The position numbers were made by a program, and so were the translations under genes. The notes beneath the pieces were generated by a model, which saw only the letters and a program-made list of their open reading frames with translations, ran no database searches and had not been told where the DNA came from. Below, in pieces: positions 29,146 to 39,569 of a stretch of DNA of 64,000 nt (positions are counted from its first letter, which is position 1; every line of letters starts with the position of its first letter). This DNA is from Deltaproteobacteria bacterium (GTDB lineage: Bacteria; Desulfobacterota; Syntrophia; Syntrophales; UBA5619), in the NCBI GenBank assembly GCA_016935075.1, contig JAFGRP010000167.1:6170-70169 (forward strand), read 5' to 3'.

Positions 29146-31035
29146 TCAACTCGGATTTGAGATAAAAGGAATGGTCAGGTTGTAGATTCCGAATTCCATG
29201 ACCGCACGGATCGGGAATGGCGCCTTTTCGAAGACCTTGAGCATGGCCTTGTTGTCGGCGAGAACGTCCGCCGTGAATCCTTCGATTCCCTGTTCGCGTG
29301 CCACACGGATGAGGGTTTCGAAAAGGAAAGAAGCGACGCCTCGTCCCTGAAAGTTTTCATCCACCACAAAGGCCACATCCGCGAAGGGGCGGTCGCTGTA
29401 ACGGACATAACGCCCTTCCGCAATGAGCTTCTCCGTTCCCGATTCCACAACCGTTCCCACGATCGACATGATGCGCTGGTAATCGACGTTCACATACTCC
29501 TGCATTTTGCGGTGGGGCATCGACTTGATTGCGCTGAAATAGCGATAATAGACGGCATTGTCGGAAAAACGGTAGAAGAGTTTCCGCATCTCTTCTTCGT
29601 CGGAGGGTTTGATCGCTCGGAAACGGACGGTCAGTCCCCCCTGAAAAGCGTGGGTACACGCCAGACGGCCGGGGTAAAGGGAACCGGAGCCCGGCAGATA
29701 GAGCTGATCCGCATACAGGATGTTGGCATCTTTGGCCTGAAGAATCAGTGCCTCGCGGTCATTGGGATGGGCGATGTCAATCAGCGCCTGGGCGCGCTCC
29801 CGGACGGTCCGCCCGATCATCGAAGCGATGCCGTATTCCGTTATGATGAGATCAAGTGATTCGCGGTTGGTGAACTGATTCGGAAAATCCTCCACCGACA
29901 GGAGAATATTGGACCGGCCCATTAGATTGCGGCTGGGAAGGGCGAAGATCGTCCGGCCTCCGCGGGAACATTCCGCCCCGGCAAAAAATTCCTGCGCCTG
30001 CCCCGGACTCGGTGTGACGTTTCCCTTGCCGATGTGCAGGGCGATGCCGCCGGTCAGATCGACTTTACGTGCGGGGAGGATGGCGATCATTTTATCGTTG
30101 AGGCTGATCCGCTGATGATCGGAGACCACATCAATTCCCTGAAACTCGACCAAGGGGTTGCGGTGGAGCCATTGTAAAAGCTCGGGAGTGCCCTGGGCGT
30201 AGGCGGTCAGGGATTTGTCGCGGAAGTGGTTCTTTTTCCGATTTGTAATGGCGCCACACTTGATCAGATCCATAAGGGGATCGGTAAAGAAGTAGGTGTG
30301 CACACCCAGGTTGTGCTTGCGGGCAAGGTGGCGTCCCAGCGCCTCGAACAAGGCGCCGGAATAGAAAGAGATGCAACTGCCGTCGTCCACTACGGAAGCG
30401 ACGTTCGCGGCAACCTTGTCGATCACATCATCGACCGGCCAGCGGGGAAAGTAGATCGGCGGCTCCGTCGCCCGGACAAGATAATGAAAATCATCCAGAT
30501 GAACGAAGGTATTGCCCATCGTTCGCGGGATGCGGCTGTTGATTTCGCCGACGACGATGGTGGCGCGCTCCATGGCATACTTGGCAACATCGACCGAAAC
30601 GCCCAGACTCGCATAGCCGGCCTTGTCCGGGGGGGTGATCTGGACGAAGGCGACATCGACGCGGATCGCCCCCGACTCCACAAGGCGCGGGATCCGGGAA
30701 AAGCGGCAGGGGATCATGTCTACGAAACCGGAGGTAATCGCATCGCTGGCGAGCCAGCCGGCGAAAAAGGTTTTCAGCCGGTATTTGTGATCAACAGCGG
30801 CGTTTCGGAAGGCGATGGCATCGCCGAGGCTTACGAGCTGAACGAGTTCCAGATCGGTCAGGTTGGTCATTTCCGAGGTCGTGAGACTTTTTACGAGGGT
30901 CCGGGGTTCGGCCACGCCGGTTCCGAGGAAGATGCTCATCCCCGGTTCGATCCGCGAGAGAAAGACCTCGGGGGAAACGACTTTCTGTTCCCATTGGGAA
31001 TCCACATCGTCGAACATACCGTCACCTTCCTTCAT
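29146..31035 (-). CDS. acetyl-CoA hydrolase/CoA-transferase family domain fused to Pat-type GNAT domain (paralog 2, divergent)
   Basis: Same architecture and length as 20743-22653 (629 vs 636 aa). The GNAT part is well conserved (FRAIKPSDEEEM..YRYF..NVDYQR..QGRGVASFLF). In the transferase part HTYFFTDP replaces HTELFSDG and SPGQAQEF replaces GVGGHQDF. Confidence 0.75.
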   Translation of the reverse strand: MKEGDGMFDDVDSQWEQKVVSPEVFLSRIEPGMSIFLGTGVAEPRTLVKSLTTSEMTNLTDLELVQLVSLGDAIAFRNAAVDHKYRLKTFFAGWLASDAITSGFVDMIPCRFSRIPRLVESGAIRVDVAFVQITPPDKAGYASLGVSVDVAKYAMERATIVVGEINSRIPRTMGNTFVHLDDFHYLVRATEPPIYFPRWPVDDVIDKVAANVASVVDDGSCISFYSGALFEALGRHLARKHNLGVHTYFFTDPLMDLIKCGAITNRKKNHFRDKSLTAYAQGTPELLQWLHRNPLVEFQGIDVVSDHQRISLNDKMIAILPARKVDLTGGIALHIGKGNVTPSPGQAQEFFAGAECSRGGRTIFALPSRNLMGRSNILLSVEDFPNQFTNRESLDLIITEYGIASMIGRTVRERAQALIDIAHPNDREALILQAKDANILYADQLYLPGSGSLYPGRLACTHAFQGGLTVRFRAIKPSDEEEMRKLFYRFSDNAVYYRYFSAIKSMPHRKMQEYVNVDYQRIMSIVGTVVESGTEKLIAEGRYVRYSDRPFADVAFVVDENFQGRGVASFLFETLIRVAREQGIEGFTADVLADNKAMLKVFEKAPFPIRAVMEFGIYNLTIPFISNPS

Positions 31036-31257
31036 CCGCGCGATCGGCGGAAGAGGCCTTCCTCAATCAGATCCGCAAGGTCTTTCCGTCCGCGAGGGAA
31101 CTCCCGTTCCTGTAACTTCTCCTTGTTGTATCATTAAGGGCGGGGGGCGGATTTGTCAACCCCTTTGAACCCGTTTTCGTCATGAACGTAACATTTGCAT
31201 TGCGGGGTGTCCGGATCTGCGCCGGGATCACAGGGTCAATCTCAGAAGGTAAATCTC

Positions 31258-31286
31258 TTGACTCAAATGTGAAGTCGTAATAGATT
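31258..31286 (+). promoter_or_regulatory. sigma70-like promoter candidate for purB
   Basis: TTGACT (31258-31263), 17-nt spacer, TAGATT (31281-31286). Confidence 0.35.
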
Positions 31287-31372
31287 AACATCCAGTCCAA
31301 TGGTTTTCAACGCGTCGGTCAGAATGACCAACCGGATAAACCGTTTGCCCGTGTTGCCACAGGAGGAGAGGA

Positions 31373-32674
31373 TTGATACAGAGATACTCGCGAGCGCGGA
31401 TGGAGGCGATCTGGAGTCCGGAGAACCGTTACCGGAAGTGGTTGGATATTGAGATCCTGGCCTGTGAGGCTATGGCAGCGCGGGGAGAGATCCCCGAGGC
31501 ATCGATGAAGAACATTCGTGAAAGGGCCGGTTTCGACGTGGGCCGGATTGATGCAATCGAAAAAACGACGAAACACGATGTGATTGCCTTTCTCACATCC
31601 GTGACGGAGAAGGTAGGTCAAGACGGCCGTTTTATTCACCGGGGACTGACCTCCTCCGATATACTCGACACCTCTCTCGGGCTTCTCCTCCGGGAGGCGG
31701 CCGACATCCTTATTGAGGATATAGACCTTCTGCTGGCCGCTATCAGAAAAAAGGCCTTCGCCCATCAAAATACGCTCATGATCGGAAGGACGCACGGAAT
31801 TCATGCAGAACCGATCACCTTCGGCCTGAAGATGGTGCTCTGGCATGCGGAGATGAAACGGAACCGTGAAAGAATGGTCCGGGCGAAGGAGACGATCAGC
31901 GTGGGAAAACTTTCCGGCGCCGTGGGAACATTTTCCTTCGTCGATCCCGCGATCGAAGAATATGTCTGCCGAAAATTGTGTCTTAAGCCGGCGCCGGTTT
32001 CCTCCCAGATCATCCAGCGGGATCGCCATGCCGAATATTTTTCGACACTGGCCATTATTGCATCATCGATCGACAAGTTTTCCCAGGAGATCCGCCTTCT
32101 TCAGAGAACCGAGGTCCGCGAGGCAGAGGAGTATTTCTCTCCGGGACAGAAGGGATCATCCGCCATGCCCCACAAGCGGAATCCCGTCCTTTCGGAAAAC
32201 CTGTCCGGCCTTTCCCGTCTCATGCGCTCCTATGCCGTGGCCGCTCTGGAGGATGTCGCCCTCTGGCACGAAAGGGACATCAGCCACTCCTCCGTCGAGA
32301 GGGTTATCGGCCCGGACGCAACAATTCTTCTTGATTTCATTCTGAGCCGATTCACCGGCCTGATTGATGGCCTCGTCGTCTATCCGGAGAGAATGCTTGC
32401 CAATATCCGGATTACGAAGGGGGTCATTTTTTCGCAGATGGTTTTGCTCAAACTGATTGAAAAGGGGATCTCCCGTGAAGCAGCATACGCCATCGTTCAG
32501 CGAAACGCCATGAGATCCTGGCAGGAGGAACTTGAATTTCAGGATCTGCTTCTGCAGGATGACGAGGTCATGGCGCGACTGAATGCGGATGATCTTGCCG
32601 GGGTATTTCAAATGGGAAATTTTCTTAAACAGGTCGACTTTATCTTTAAGCGGGTCTTCGAGGATAAACCATGA
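31373..32674 (+). CDS. purB: adenylosuccinate lyase
   Basis: Fumarate-lyase signature GSSAMPHKRNP. PurB-like N-terminus RYSRARMEAIWSPENRY. TTG start with GGAGGAG RBS. Confidence 0.93.
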   Translation: MIQRYSRARMEAIWSPENRYRKWLDIEILACEAMAARGEIPEASMKNIRERAGFDVGRIDAIEKTTKHDVIAFLTSVTEKVGQDGRFIHRGLTSSDILDTSLGLLLREAADILIEDIDLLLAAIRKKAFAHQNTLMIGRTHGIHAEPITFGLKMVLWHAEMKRNRERMVRAKETISVGKLSGAVGTFSFVDPAIEEYVCRKLCLKPAPVSSQIIQRDRHAEYFSTLAIIASSIDKFSQEIRLLQRTEVREAEEYFSPGQKGSSAMPHKRNPVLSENLSGLSRLMRSYAVAALEDVALWHERDISHSSVERVIGPDATILLDFILSRFTGLIDGLVVYPERMLANIRITKGVIFSQMVLLKLIEKGISREAAYAIVQRNAMRSWQEELEFQDLLLQDDEVMARLNADDLAGVFQMGNFLKQVDFIFKRVFEDKP

Positions 32675-33285
32675 AGCTCTGTGGCCGTCTTGTGATCGGT
32701 TTGCTGTTTCTTATCGGTATCGCTGCATGCAGCCCTGTTCAGGGATATCTGGATATAGCAAGGGGAAAAAGGATGTCGGAGGCGTATTTGAAAGCGCTCC
32801 AGCATTGGACGCGCTCACAGATCGTCTATTCCCAGTTCGAAACGAAGGCCCGAATCGAAGCGACCCTGCGCAGTCCGGAATTCAACCGGAGCTATCACCA
32901 GGAATATTCCCGCATATACCAGCTCAGCGCCGACGAACGGAAAAAAGGGGAAGAGATGCGGGCCGCAACCGCTTCTGATTTCACGGAATTCATATTTTAT
33001 GCCTACATCCCGGACAGGGCGGAAAATGATTTTGACCGTCGCGGATCGATCTGGTCCATTTTTCTCGTCAACGGCAAGGGGGAGAAGATCACTCCGATAG
33101 AGGTGCGGCGGATCGACCCGGTCACGCCGGTGGTGACGGAATTTTTTCCTTACGGCAATCCCCATTACGGCATCTTCTACCGGCTTCGCTTCCCGCAGCA
33201 ACAGACCGGCCGGGGAAACAACCCTCTGAAACTGGTTTTTACCGGCGTGATCGGAAAGGTCGACCTGGAATTTCAGGGGCTGTAA
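32671..33285 (+). CDS. hypothetical lipoprotein
   Basis: Lipobox LIGIAAC after a hydrophobic signal sequence. ATGA overlap with the purB stop. I recognise no family. Confidence 0.55.
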   Translation: MKLCGRLVIGLLFLIGIAACSPVQGYLDIARGKRMSEAYLKALQHWTRSQIVYSQFETKARIEATLRSPEFNRSYHQEYSRIYQLSADERKKGEEMRAATASDFTEFIFYAYIPDRAENDFDRRGSIWSIFLVNGKGEKITPIEVRRIDPVTPVVTEFFPYGNPHYGIFYRLRFPQQQTGRGNNPLKLVFTGVIGKVDLEFQGL

Positions 33286-33306
33286 TTTACGGCAACAGCC
33301 GGCTTT

Positions 33307-34929
33307 TCAAGTCCTCCGCCACGAATCGTCGCGGGATACGACTGTGTCCTTAAGCCAGACACGATCGTTTTTCTCCGGATAGTCAAGATTGTATTGAAGC
33401 CCCCGGCTTTCCTTCCTCATCCGGGAGCAGGTCACGATGAGCTTGGCGGTCACCGCAATATTCCGCAGTTCCAGAAGATCCCGCGTGACGATGAAATCCC
33501 GATAATATTCATCGATCTCCCGGTTGATGAGATCGATACGGCGTTGCGCCCTCTCGAGCCGCTTGTCGGAACGGACGATGCCCACATAGTTCCACATGCA
33601 CCGGCGGATCTCATCCCAGTTGTGGGAAACGACGACCGATTCGTCGCTTTCCGTGGCCCCCCTCGCATCCCACGGCGGAATGGGAACCGGATCTTCCCGG
33701 GCTTCGGTGAAAAGCTCCTTGACGCGTATGGATGAGCGATGCGCAAATACGATCGCTTCGAGGAGCGAGTTGCTCGCCAGACGGTTTGCTCCATGCAATC
33801 CGGTGCAGGAGACCTCACCGCAGGCGAAAAGCCCCCGGATGCTTGTTTCGCCCATGTCGTTCACCATGACCCCGCCGCAGAGGTAATGTTCGGCCGGGAC
33901 GACCGGAACGGGATACCTCGCCATGTCGATGCCGAATTCCAGGCACTTTTTATAGATGTTCGGGAACCGGGAGATCAGAAAATCCTTCTCGCGATGGGTG
34001 ATATCGAGCATGACGCAGTCATCCCCGGACTTCTTCAGTTCGGTGTCAATCGCCTTGGCGACGACATCGCGGGGCGCGAGGCTCTTCATCGGATGGTATT
34101 TCTCCATGAAGGTGGTTCCGTCTTTCAGTTTCAGAATCGCCCCCTCGCCGCGAACCGCCTCGCTGATCAAAAAGGATTTTGCGTCGGGGTGGTAAAGACA
34201 GGTCGGGTGAAACTGGATGAATTCCATATTCGCGATTTTCGCCCCCGCCCGGTAGGCGATGGCGATTCCGTCAGCCGTAGCGATGTCGGGATTTGTGGTG
34301 ATCAGATAGACCTTGCCGACGCCGCCGGTGGATAACATGACGAACTTCGCCCGGAAGGTATGAATTTCGTTGCGTTCAATATCCAGGACATAGGCGCCCA
34401 GGCAGCGATCGCCGCACCCCATTTTCTGGCCGAGAACGGAAGACTTCATGATCAGATCGATCGCGATGTGGTTTTCGAAGATCCGGATATTTTTATTTTT
34501 ACCGGCCTTTTCGTGAAGCGCCCGCTCAATCTCCCGCCCGGTCAAATCCTTGGCATGGATGACCCTTCTCATCGAATGGCCCCCCTCCCGGCCGAGATCG
34601 AACCGCTTCGGATCCGCTTCGGAACGTGTGAATTCGACGCCCCATTTCACCAGCTCGCGGATCCTCTCCGGACCCTCCGTCACCACGAATCGGACGACCT
34701 CTTCGTTTGAAAGTCCTGCGCCGCAGGCCAGCGTATCGTTGATGTGATACTCGAAACGATCCATCTCGTCCTGGACGACGGCAATTCCCCCCTGCGCCAG
34801 ATTCGTATTCGAATCCATCATGTTCTTCTTTGTAACCATGGCGACTGTTCCCTGTTCCGCCGCCTTGATGGCGAAGCTGAGACCCGCAATGCCGGTGCCG
34901 AGAACGAGAAAATCGGTATGTATTTCCAT
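33307..34929 (-). CDS. nadB: L-aspartate oxidase
   Basis: DFLVLGTGIAGLS FAD motif, succinate-dehydrogenase-flavoprotein-like core, RLASNSLLE motif. ATG 34929 (MEIHTDF) preferred over 34962. Confidence 0.92.
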   Translation of the reverse strand: MEIHTDFLVLGTGIAGLSFAIKAAEQGTVAMVTKKNMMDSNTNLAQGGIAVVQDEMDRFEYHINDTLACGAGLSNEEVVRFVVTEGPERIRELVKWGVEFTRSEADPKRFDLGREGGHSMRRVIHAKDLTGREIERALHEKAGKNKNIRIFENHIAIDLIMKSSVLGQKMGCGDRCLGAYVLDIERNEIHTFRAKFVMLSTGGVGKVYLITTNPDIATADGIAIAYRAGAKIANMEFIQFHPTCLYHPDAKSFLISEAVRGEGAILKLKDGTTFMEKYHPMKSLAPRDVVAKAIDTELKKSGDDCVMLDITHREKDFLISRFPNIYKKCLEFGIDMARYPVPVVPAEHYLCGGVMVNDMGETSIRGLFACGEVSCTGLHGANRLASNSLLEAIVFAHRSSIRVKELFTEAREDPVPIPPWDARGATESDESVVVSHNWDEIRRCMWNYVGIVRSDKRLERAQRRIDLINREIDEYYRDFIVTRDLLELRNIAVTAKLIVTCSRMRKESRGLQYNLDYPEKNDRVWLKDTVVSRDDSWRRT

Positions 34930-35026
34930 ATCCGTCTTTCTTTTTGAAAAGTTTATTTGCAAAAAACGTCAGATTCTATATATATTCTTGCCGCTTTTGT
35001 AAATGAAAATATACGGGGGATATTGG

Positions 35027-36031
35027 ATGGTGGTTCTGGGAATAGAATCTTCCTGTGACGAAACCGCGGCAGCAGTGGTCAGGAACGGGAACACTTTGCT
35101 CGCCAATGTGATTGCCTCACAGGTGACAGTGCATGCGCGGTATGGCGGCGTTGTCCCGGAAATTGCTTCACGTAAACATATCGAGGCGATCGTCCCGGTG
35201 ATCCTTCAGGCCTTGGAGGATGCGGGGATGGGTATAACCGGAATCGATGGTATCGCAGTGACGAGAGGACCGGGGCTGATCGGGTCCCTCCTCGTCGGGT
35301 TGTCCGCCGCCAAGGCGCTGGCCTTGGCACTGCGCCTGCCCATGGTCGGCGTCAATCACCTCAAAGGCCATGTCGCAGCCGCGTTCCTGATGGAAAGACC
35401 GCCGGAATTTCCGTTTATCGCCCTCGTGGTTTCCGGCGGTCATACCACCATTTACCGTGTGGAGGGTTTTCAGCGGTTTACGATACTGGGCCAGACCCGG
35501 GATGACGCGGCGGGAGAGGCTTTCGACAAGGCGGCAAAACTGCTGGAAATCGGTTATCCGGGAGGCGTGGTGATCGACCGCCTTGCAAAGCAGGGAAACG
35601 GCAAGGCGTTTTCATTTCCGCGGGCGATGCGGGAAAGTTTGGACTTCAGCTTCAGCGGTTTGAAGACATCCCTCCTCACAAGGCTTAAGAAGCGGGGCGT
35701 TCCTTTTACCCCTGACGAATTGCCTGATCTGACGGCATCGTATCAGGAGGCAATCTGCGATGTACTGGTGGAGAAAACCCTGCGGGCCGCGGAGATGACC
35801 GCGGCGAAACGCGTCGTCGTCTGCGGCGGTGTCGCCGCGAACAGCCGCCTGCGTGAACGTTTCTACACCGAAGCGGCCTCCGCGGGAATCGAGGTTTTTA
35901 TTCCTCCTCCCGTTCTCTGCACCGACAACGCGGCAATGATCGCGGTAGTCGGAACGCATCTCCTCAAGGCAGGTCGGAAGGACGGGCTTGACCTGAACGC
36001 CGTTTCCCGCTGGCCTATGGCTGAATCATGA
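35027..36031 (+). CDS. tsaD: tRNA N6-adenosine threonylcarbamoyltransferase
   Basis: VLGIESSCDETAAAV, HLKGH and SGGV motifs of Kae1/TsaD. ATG 35027. Confidence 0.93.
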   Translation: MVVLGIESSCDETAAAVVRNGNTLLANVIASQVTVHARYGGVVPEIASRKHIEAIVPVILQALEDAGMGITGIDGIAVTRGPGLIGSLLVGLSAAKALALALRLPMVGVNHLKGHVAAAFLMERPPEFPFIALVVSGGHTTIYRVEGFQRFTILGQTRDDAAGEAFDKAAKLLEIGYPGGVVIDRLAKQGNGKAFSFPRAMRESLDFSFSGLKTSLLTRLKKRGVPFTPDELPDLTASYQEAICDVLVEKTLRAAEMTAAKRVVVCGGVAANSRLRERFYTEAASAGIEVFIPPPVLCTDNAAMIAVVGTHLLKAGRKDGLDLNAVSRWPMAES

Positions 36032-36477
36032 TCCTGAAGAAGCAATTCCGCAATTTTTACGAAAAATTTATCAGCCTGCAGGGTGAGCCTGCACGGGTCG
36101 CCGCCGGACTTGCGATCGGCGTGTTTGTCGGCGTGACGCCGACCATCCCTTTTCATACGGCGATCATTGTTCTCGTCGGTCTGCTCTTTCGGCAGAACAT
36201 CACGGCCGCCTATCTCGGCTCGTGGATCATCTCCAATCCGCTGACCATCCCCCTGTTCTACCTCTCCCAGTATGAGATTGGCCGACTTCTTCTGGGGATG
36301 GAGCGCTGTCGTTTTGAATTTGCGGATCATAGTCTTGGCGCGGTCGCGGCTCTGGGGTGGAAAATCCTCCTGCCTCTCCTGACGGGCGGCATTCTCATGG
36401 CCCCTTTTTTTGCCGTGCCGGCATATTTCGTTACGCGCCGCCTGATCGTGTCGATCCGGGCGAGGAGTAAAAGATGA
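36028..36477 (+). CDS. DUF2062-family membrane protein
   Basis: Pattern GLAIGVFVGVTPTIPFHT...ISNPLTIP is typical of DUF2062. 4-nt overlaps on both sides. Confidence 0.65.
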   Translation: MILKKQFRNFYEKFISLQGEPARVAAGLAIGVFVGVTPTIPFHTAIIVLVGLLFRQNITAAYLGSWIISNPLTIPLFYLSQYEIGRLLLGMERCRFEFADHSLGAVAALGWKILLPLLTGGILMAPFFAVPAYFVTRRLIVSIRARSKR

Positions 36478-37331
36478 CCTCCGTCCGAAAGTTGCTTGCA
36501 CGATATGCCATTCAACCCCGCAATAAATGGGGACAGTCCTTTCTGGAGGACAGGAACATCATTCGCCGAATCGTTGCGCTGGCGGATCCTGCAGGGGATG
36601 AAACGGTTGTGGAAATCGGCGCCGGCCTCGGCTTGATGACGGAAGAGCTGGCAAAGAGAGCCGGCCGGGTGATTGCCCTCGAAATCGATCCGCGGCTGGT
36701 GGCTGTCCTGCAGGATCGCTTTATCGGACAGGAGCGGGTGCAGATTCTGCAGATCGATGTCTTGAAGTATGATTTTTCCGTCGCCCGTCCGGGGGGACGG
36801 ATCAAGGTCGTCGGGAATATCCCGTATACTATTTCTTCCCCGATCCTTTTTCGTCTGCTCGACTTTCGACGGTCAATCTCGTTGATGATCCTGATGTTTC
36901 AGAAGGAACTGGCAAACCGGATAACGGCGCCTCCGGGGACGAAGGATTACGGCATACCCTCGGTCCTTGTTGCGCGATATTCGAAGGCCACGTGCGAATT
37001 GACGGTTCCTCCGACCTGCTTTTATCCGGTTCCTGACGTGGTTTCGTCCGTTCTCCGGATTTCGGTTCGACCGGAGCCCAATCTTACGGATGGGGCGATG
37101 TTTACAAAAATCGTCCGGGCGGCCTTCGCCCAGAGAAGAAAAACCCTCTGGAACAACCTTCGCCATACCGGTATTCCGGAGGAGATGGTCGGCAGGATGT
37201 TCGCGGCAAGCGGAATCGAACGAACCAGAAGGGCGGAGACCCTGTCAGTCGAAGAATTTTCCTTGATAACGGCGGCATGGATCGGAAGCGGAGCCGACAA
37301 ATTTCTTGACAAGTCGTCATGCATCTGGTAA
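36474..37331 (+). CDS. rsmA: 16S rRNA (adenine1518/1519-N6)-dimethyltransferase
   Basis: KsgA motifs QSFL, VVEIGAGLGLMTEEL, VVGNIPYTISSPI. Confidence 0.92.
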   Translation: MTSVRKLLARYAIQPRNKWGQSFLEDRNIIRRIVALADPAGDETVVEIGAGLGLMTEELAKRAGRVIALEIDPRLVAVLQDRFIGQERVQILQIDVLKYDFSVARPGGRIKVVGNIPYTISSPILFRLLDFRRSISLMILMFQKELANRITAPPGTKDYGIPSVLVARYSKATCELTVPPTCFYPVPDVVSSVLRISVRPEPNLTDGAMFTKIVRAAFAQRRKTLWNNLRHTGIPEEMVGRMFAASGIERTRRAETLSVEEFSLITAAWIGSGADKFLDKSSCIW

Positions 37332-37450
37332 AGGCTCGGACACGCTTGGATCCGGTAACGGACTGGGACGGGAAGGACATCGGGGTGCATGGTAAGGGTG
37401 AGAGGCCTCTCGTCTTTGGCGCAGGGGTTTTTTTTTGTGCAGGGGGCTGC

Positions 37451-38311
37451 ATGCAAATCGTTCGATCTGCAGGAGAGATGCAGGAATTTTCGGAGGCGGA
37501 ACGCCGCCGGGGCCGGTGCATCGCCTTTGTCCCGACAATGGGATATTTTCATCAGGGGCACCTGAACCTGATGCGTATCGGGCGCCAGCGGGGCGATTGC
37601 CTCGCTGTCAGCATCTATGTCAATCCCGCCCAGTTCGCCCCGGCGGAGGACTTTGAGGACTATCCCCGTAACTTCGAAAGGGACAGCCGGCTTGCGGAGG
37701 AAATGGGCGTCGATGTAATTTTTACCCCGGACGATCGCGAGATGTATCCGGAGGGCTATCAGACCTATGTTGAGGTGGAAGGGGTTACGAACAACCTTTG
37801 CGGCATTTCACGTCCCCGATTTTTTAGGGGGGTGACAACGGTATGCACGAAACTCTTCCACATTGTCAAACCCCATGTCACGATATTCGGGAAGAAGGAT
37901 TTTCAGCAGTATGTCACGATCAAGCGGATGGTCCGCGACCTGAACATGGATATCGAGGTTGTGGGCATGGATACGACACGAGAGCCGGACGGCCTGGCGA
38001 TGAGTTCCCGGAATGTATATCTGAAACCGGAAGACAGGAAATCCGCTCTGGGTCTAAGCCGCTCCCTCGTCCTGGCGGAAGAACTTTACGGCAAAGGGGA
38101 GCGGAACGCCCGCCTGATTCTGGAAAAAGTGCGCGCACTGATCACCGGTTATTCCCATACGGAGATCGATTACGCGCGCATCTGCGATACGAAGACGATA
38201 ATGGATGTGGAGCGAATCGAGGGTGAATGTGTGCTGGCCCTGGCTGTCCTGGTCGGAAAGACGAGATTGATCGACAACCACGTCTTCGGCGAGGTTCTGA
38301 AAATCGGTTAG
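37451..38311 (+). CDS. panC: pantoate--beta-alanine ligase
   Basis: Homology begins at MQIVRS (ATG 37451). [16 protein letters not shown] (HxGH) motif. The upstream 44 codons overlap rsmA. Confidence 0.92.
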   Translation: MQIVRSAGEMQEFSEAERRRGRCIAFVPTMGYFHQGHLNLMRIGRQRGDCLAVSIYVNPAQFAPAEDFEDYPRNFERDSRLAEEMGVDVIFTPDDREMYPEGYQTYVEVEGVTNNLCGISRPRFFRGVTTVCTKLFHIVKPHVTIFGKKDFQQYVTIKRMVRDLNMDIEVVGMDTTREPDGLAMSSRNVYLKPEDRKSALGLSRSLVLAEELYGKGERNARLILEKVRALITGYSHTEIDYARICDTKTIMDVERIEGECVLALAVLVGKTRLIDNHVFGEVLKIG

Positions 38312-38340
38312 AATATTTTTTACGCGGGAGGACGACGATC

Positions 38341-38700
38341 ATGCAAAGGTTTATGCTCAAGTCCAAGCTCCATCGGGCTACGGTGACCGATGCGGATCTC
38401 CATTACGAGGGCAGTATTTCCATTGACGAGCAGCTCATGGAAGCGGCGGATCTGCTGCCCTATGAAAAGGTCGATGTTTATAATATATCGAACGGGGAGA
38501 GATTTTCAACTTACGTCATTCTGGCACCCAGGAAGTCCGGAACCATCTGCCTGAACGGAGCGGCGGCGAGAAAGGTCTCCCGGGGAGATCTGATCATCAT
38601 CGCCAGTTATGTCATGGTCGATGAAGCCGATGCGCCAACCTGGACTCCGAAGTGTATCTTTGTCGATGCAAACAACCGGATAAAACGCAAGCCGATATAA
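38341..38700 (+). CDS. panD: aspartate 1-decarboxylase proenzyme
   Basis: [29 protein letters not shown] with the G-S self-processing site. GGGAGGA RBS before ATG 38341. Confidence 0.93.
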   Translation: MQRFMLKSKLHRATVTDADLHYEGSISIDEQLMEAADLLPYEKVDVYNISNGERFSTYVILAPRKSGTICLNGAAARKVSRGDLIIIASYVMVDEADAPTWTPKCIFVDANNRIKRKPI

Positions 38701-38744
38701 AGCGGAATTGCGCGGCGGGATTTAACCCCGATGCTCATAAGACA

Positions 38745-38778
38745 AGGGCAGGATGTGATCATCCTGCCCTCTGTTGTG
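38745..38778 (+). terminator. hairpin terminator after panD
   Basis: Perfect 11-bp stem AGGGCAGGATG/CATCCTGCCCT with a 4-nt loop, followed by a weak U-tract CTGTTGTG. Confidence 0.5.
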
Positions 38779-38833
38779 AATAAGAATTGAAACTAACTTT
38801 GCTTTCTGATATTTTACTCTAATAACGGTCAAT

Positions 38834-39487
38834 TTGGATGGGATCAGGAATATGCTGAAGAAGAAAATAAAAATGGTCTTTCTGACCGGTCTCGCCGTCG
38901 TCATTCCGGCAGGACTGACGATTTATATCCTTTTTTTCATCATTGATATCATGGACAACCTCCTGACGGTCATTCCTGACCCTTATCAGCCGGACACACT
39001 GCTCAATTTCCACATTCCCGGACTGGGGGCAATCGTTACGGTGATCCTTATCCTGATCTGCGGTCTGGTGACAAAGAGCTATTTGGGAACACGGCTTGTG
39101 GTGTTTGGCGAGCGTCTTGTCGGCAAGATCCCCTTTGTGCGCAGCATTTATCAGGCCATTAAAAGGATCGCCGACAGCCTGTTCATGGACAAGGCTCAAA
39201 GTTTCAAGAAGGTGGTCATCGTCGAATATCCCTGCCGCGGGATTTACAGTATCGGATTTATCACCGGTACTCCAAACGGCGAGGTTCAGCAAAAGCTGGG
39301 TTGCTGCGCCGGGGTATACTTCCCCCATGCACTGACGCCCACGACGGGTATTTTCGCCATTGTGCCGAGGGAAGGGCTCATCGAGGTCGAAATGACGGTC
39401 GAAGAAGCCTTTACGTTGATCATATCGGGCGGCATTGTAACGCCCCCGAATCATCCCGCTCCGTTATCGGTCAGCAGATTGAGCTGA
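38834..39487 (+). CDS. DUF502-family membrane protein
   Basis: Two N-terminal TM helices and the VEYPRxG-like segment (VIVEYPCRGIYSIGFITG) typical of DUF502. The start could be TTG 38834 or ATG 38852. Confidence 0.65.
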   Translation: MDGIRNMLKKKIKMVFLTGLAVVIPAGLTIYILFFIIDIMDNLLTVIPDPYQPDTLLNFHIPGLGAIVTVILILICGLVTKSYLGTRLVVFGERLVGKIPFVRSIYQAIKRIADSLFMDKAQSFKKVVIVEYPCRGIYSIGFITGTPNGEVQQKLGCCAGVYFPHALTPTTGIFAIVPREGLIEVEMTVEEAFTLIISGGIVTPPNHPAPLSVSRLS

Positions 39488-39569
39488 TCCATTGATTGTT
39501 TGCATTCGCGGGGTCATGATCCCGTGAAGATGGTCGTGAACCGGCCAACAAATCCGAAGGAGACCAACC

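Noticed and set aside
37409-37450. T9 run (37428-37436) upstream of panC as a terminator for rsmA.
   Set aside because: No complementary stem immediately precedes the T-tract. GCAGGGG occurs as a direct repeat, not an inverted one, and GAGAGGCCTCTC is a loop-less palindrome.
39488-39569. Possible SAH riboswitch upstream of ahcY.
   Set aside because: The 82-nt leader lacks the conserved GAGGAGCGC / GGCUC / GCGCUCAC-type elements I recall for the SAH riboswitch. Only a weak 5-bp hairpin is present.
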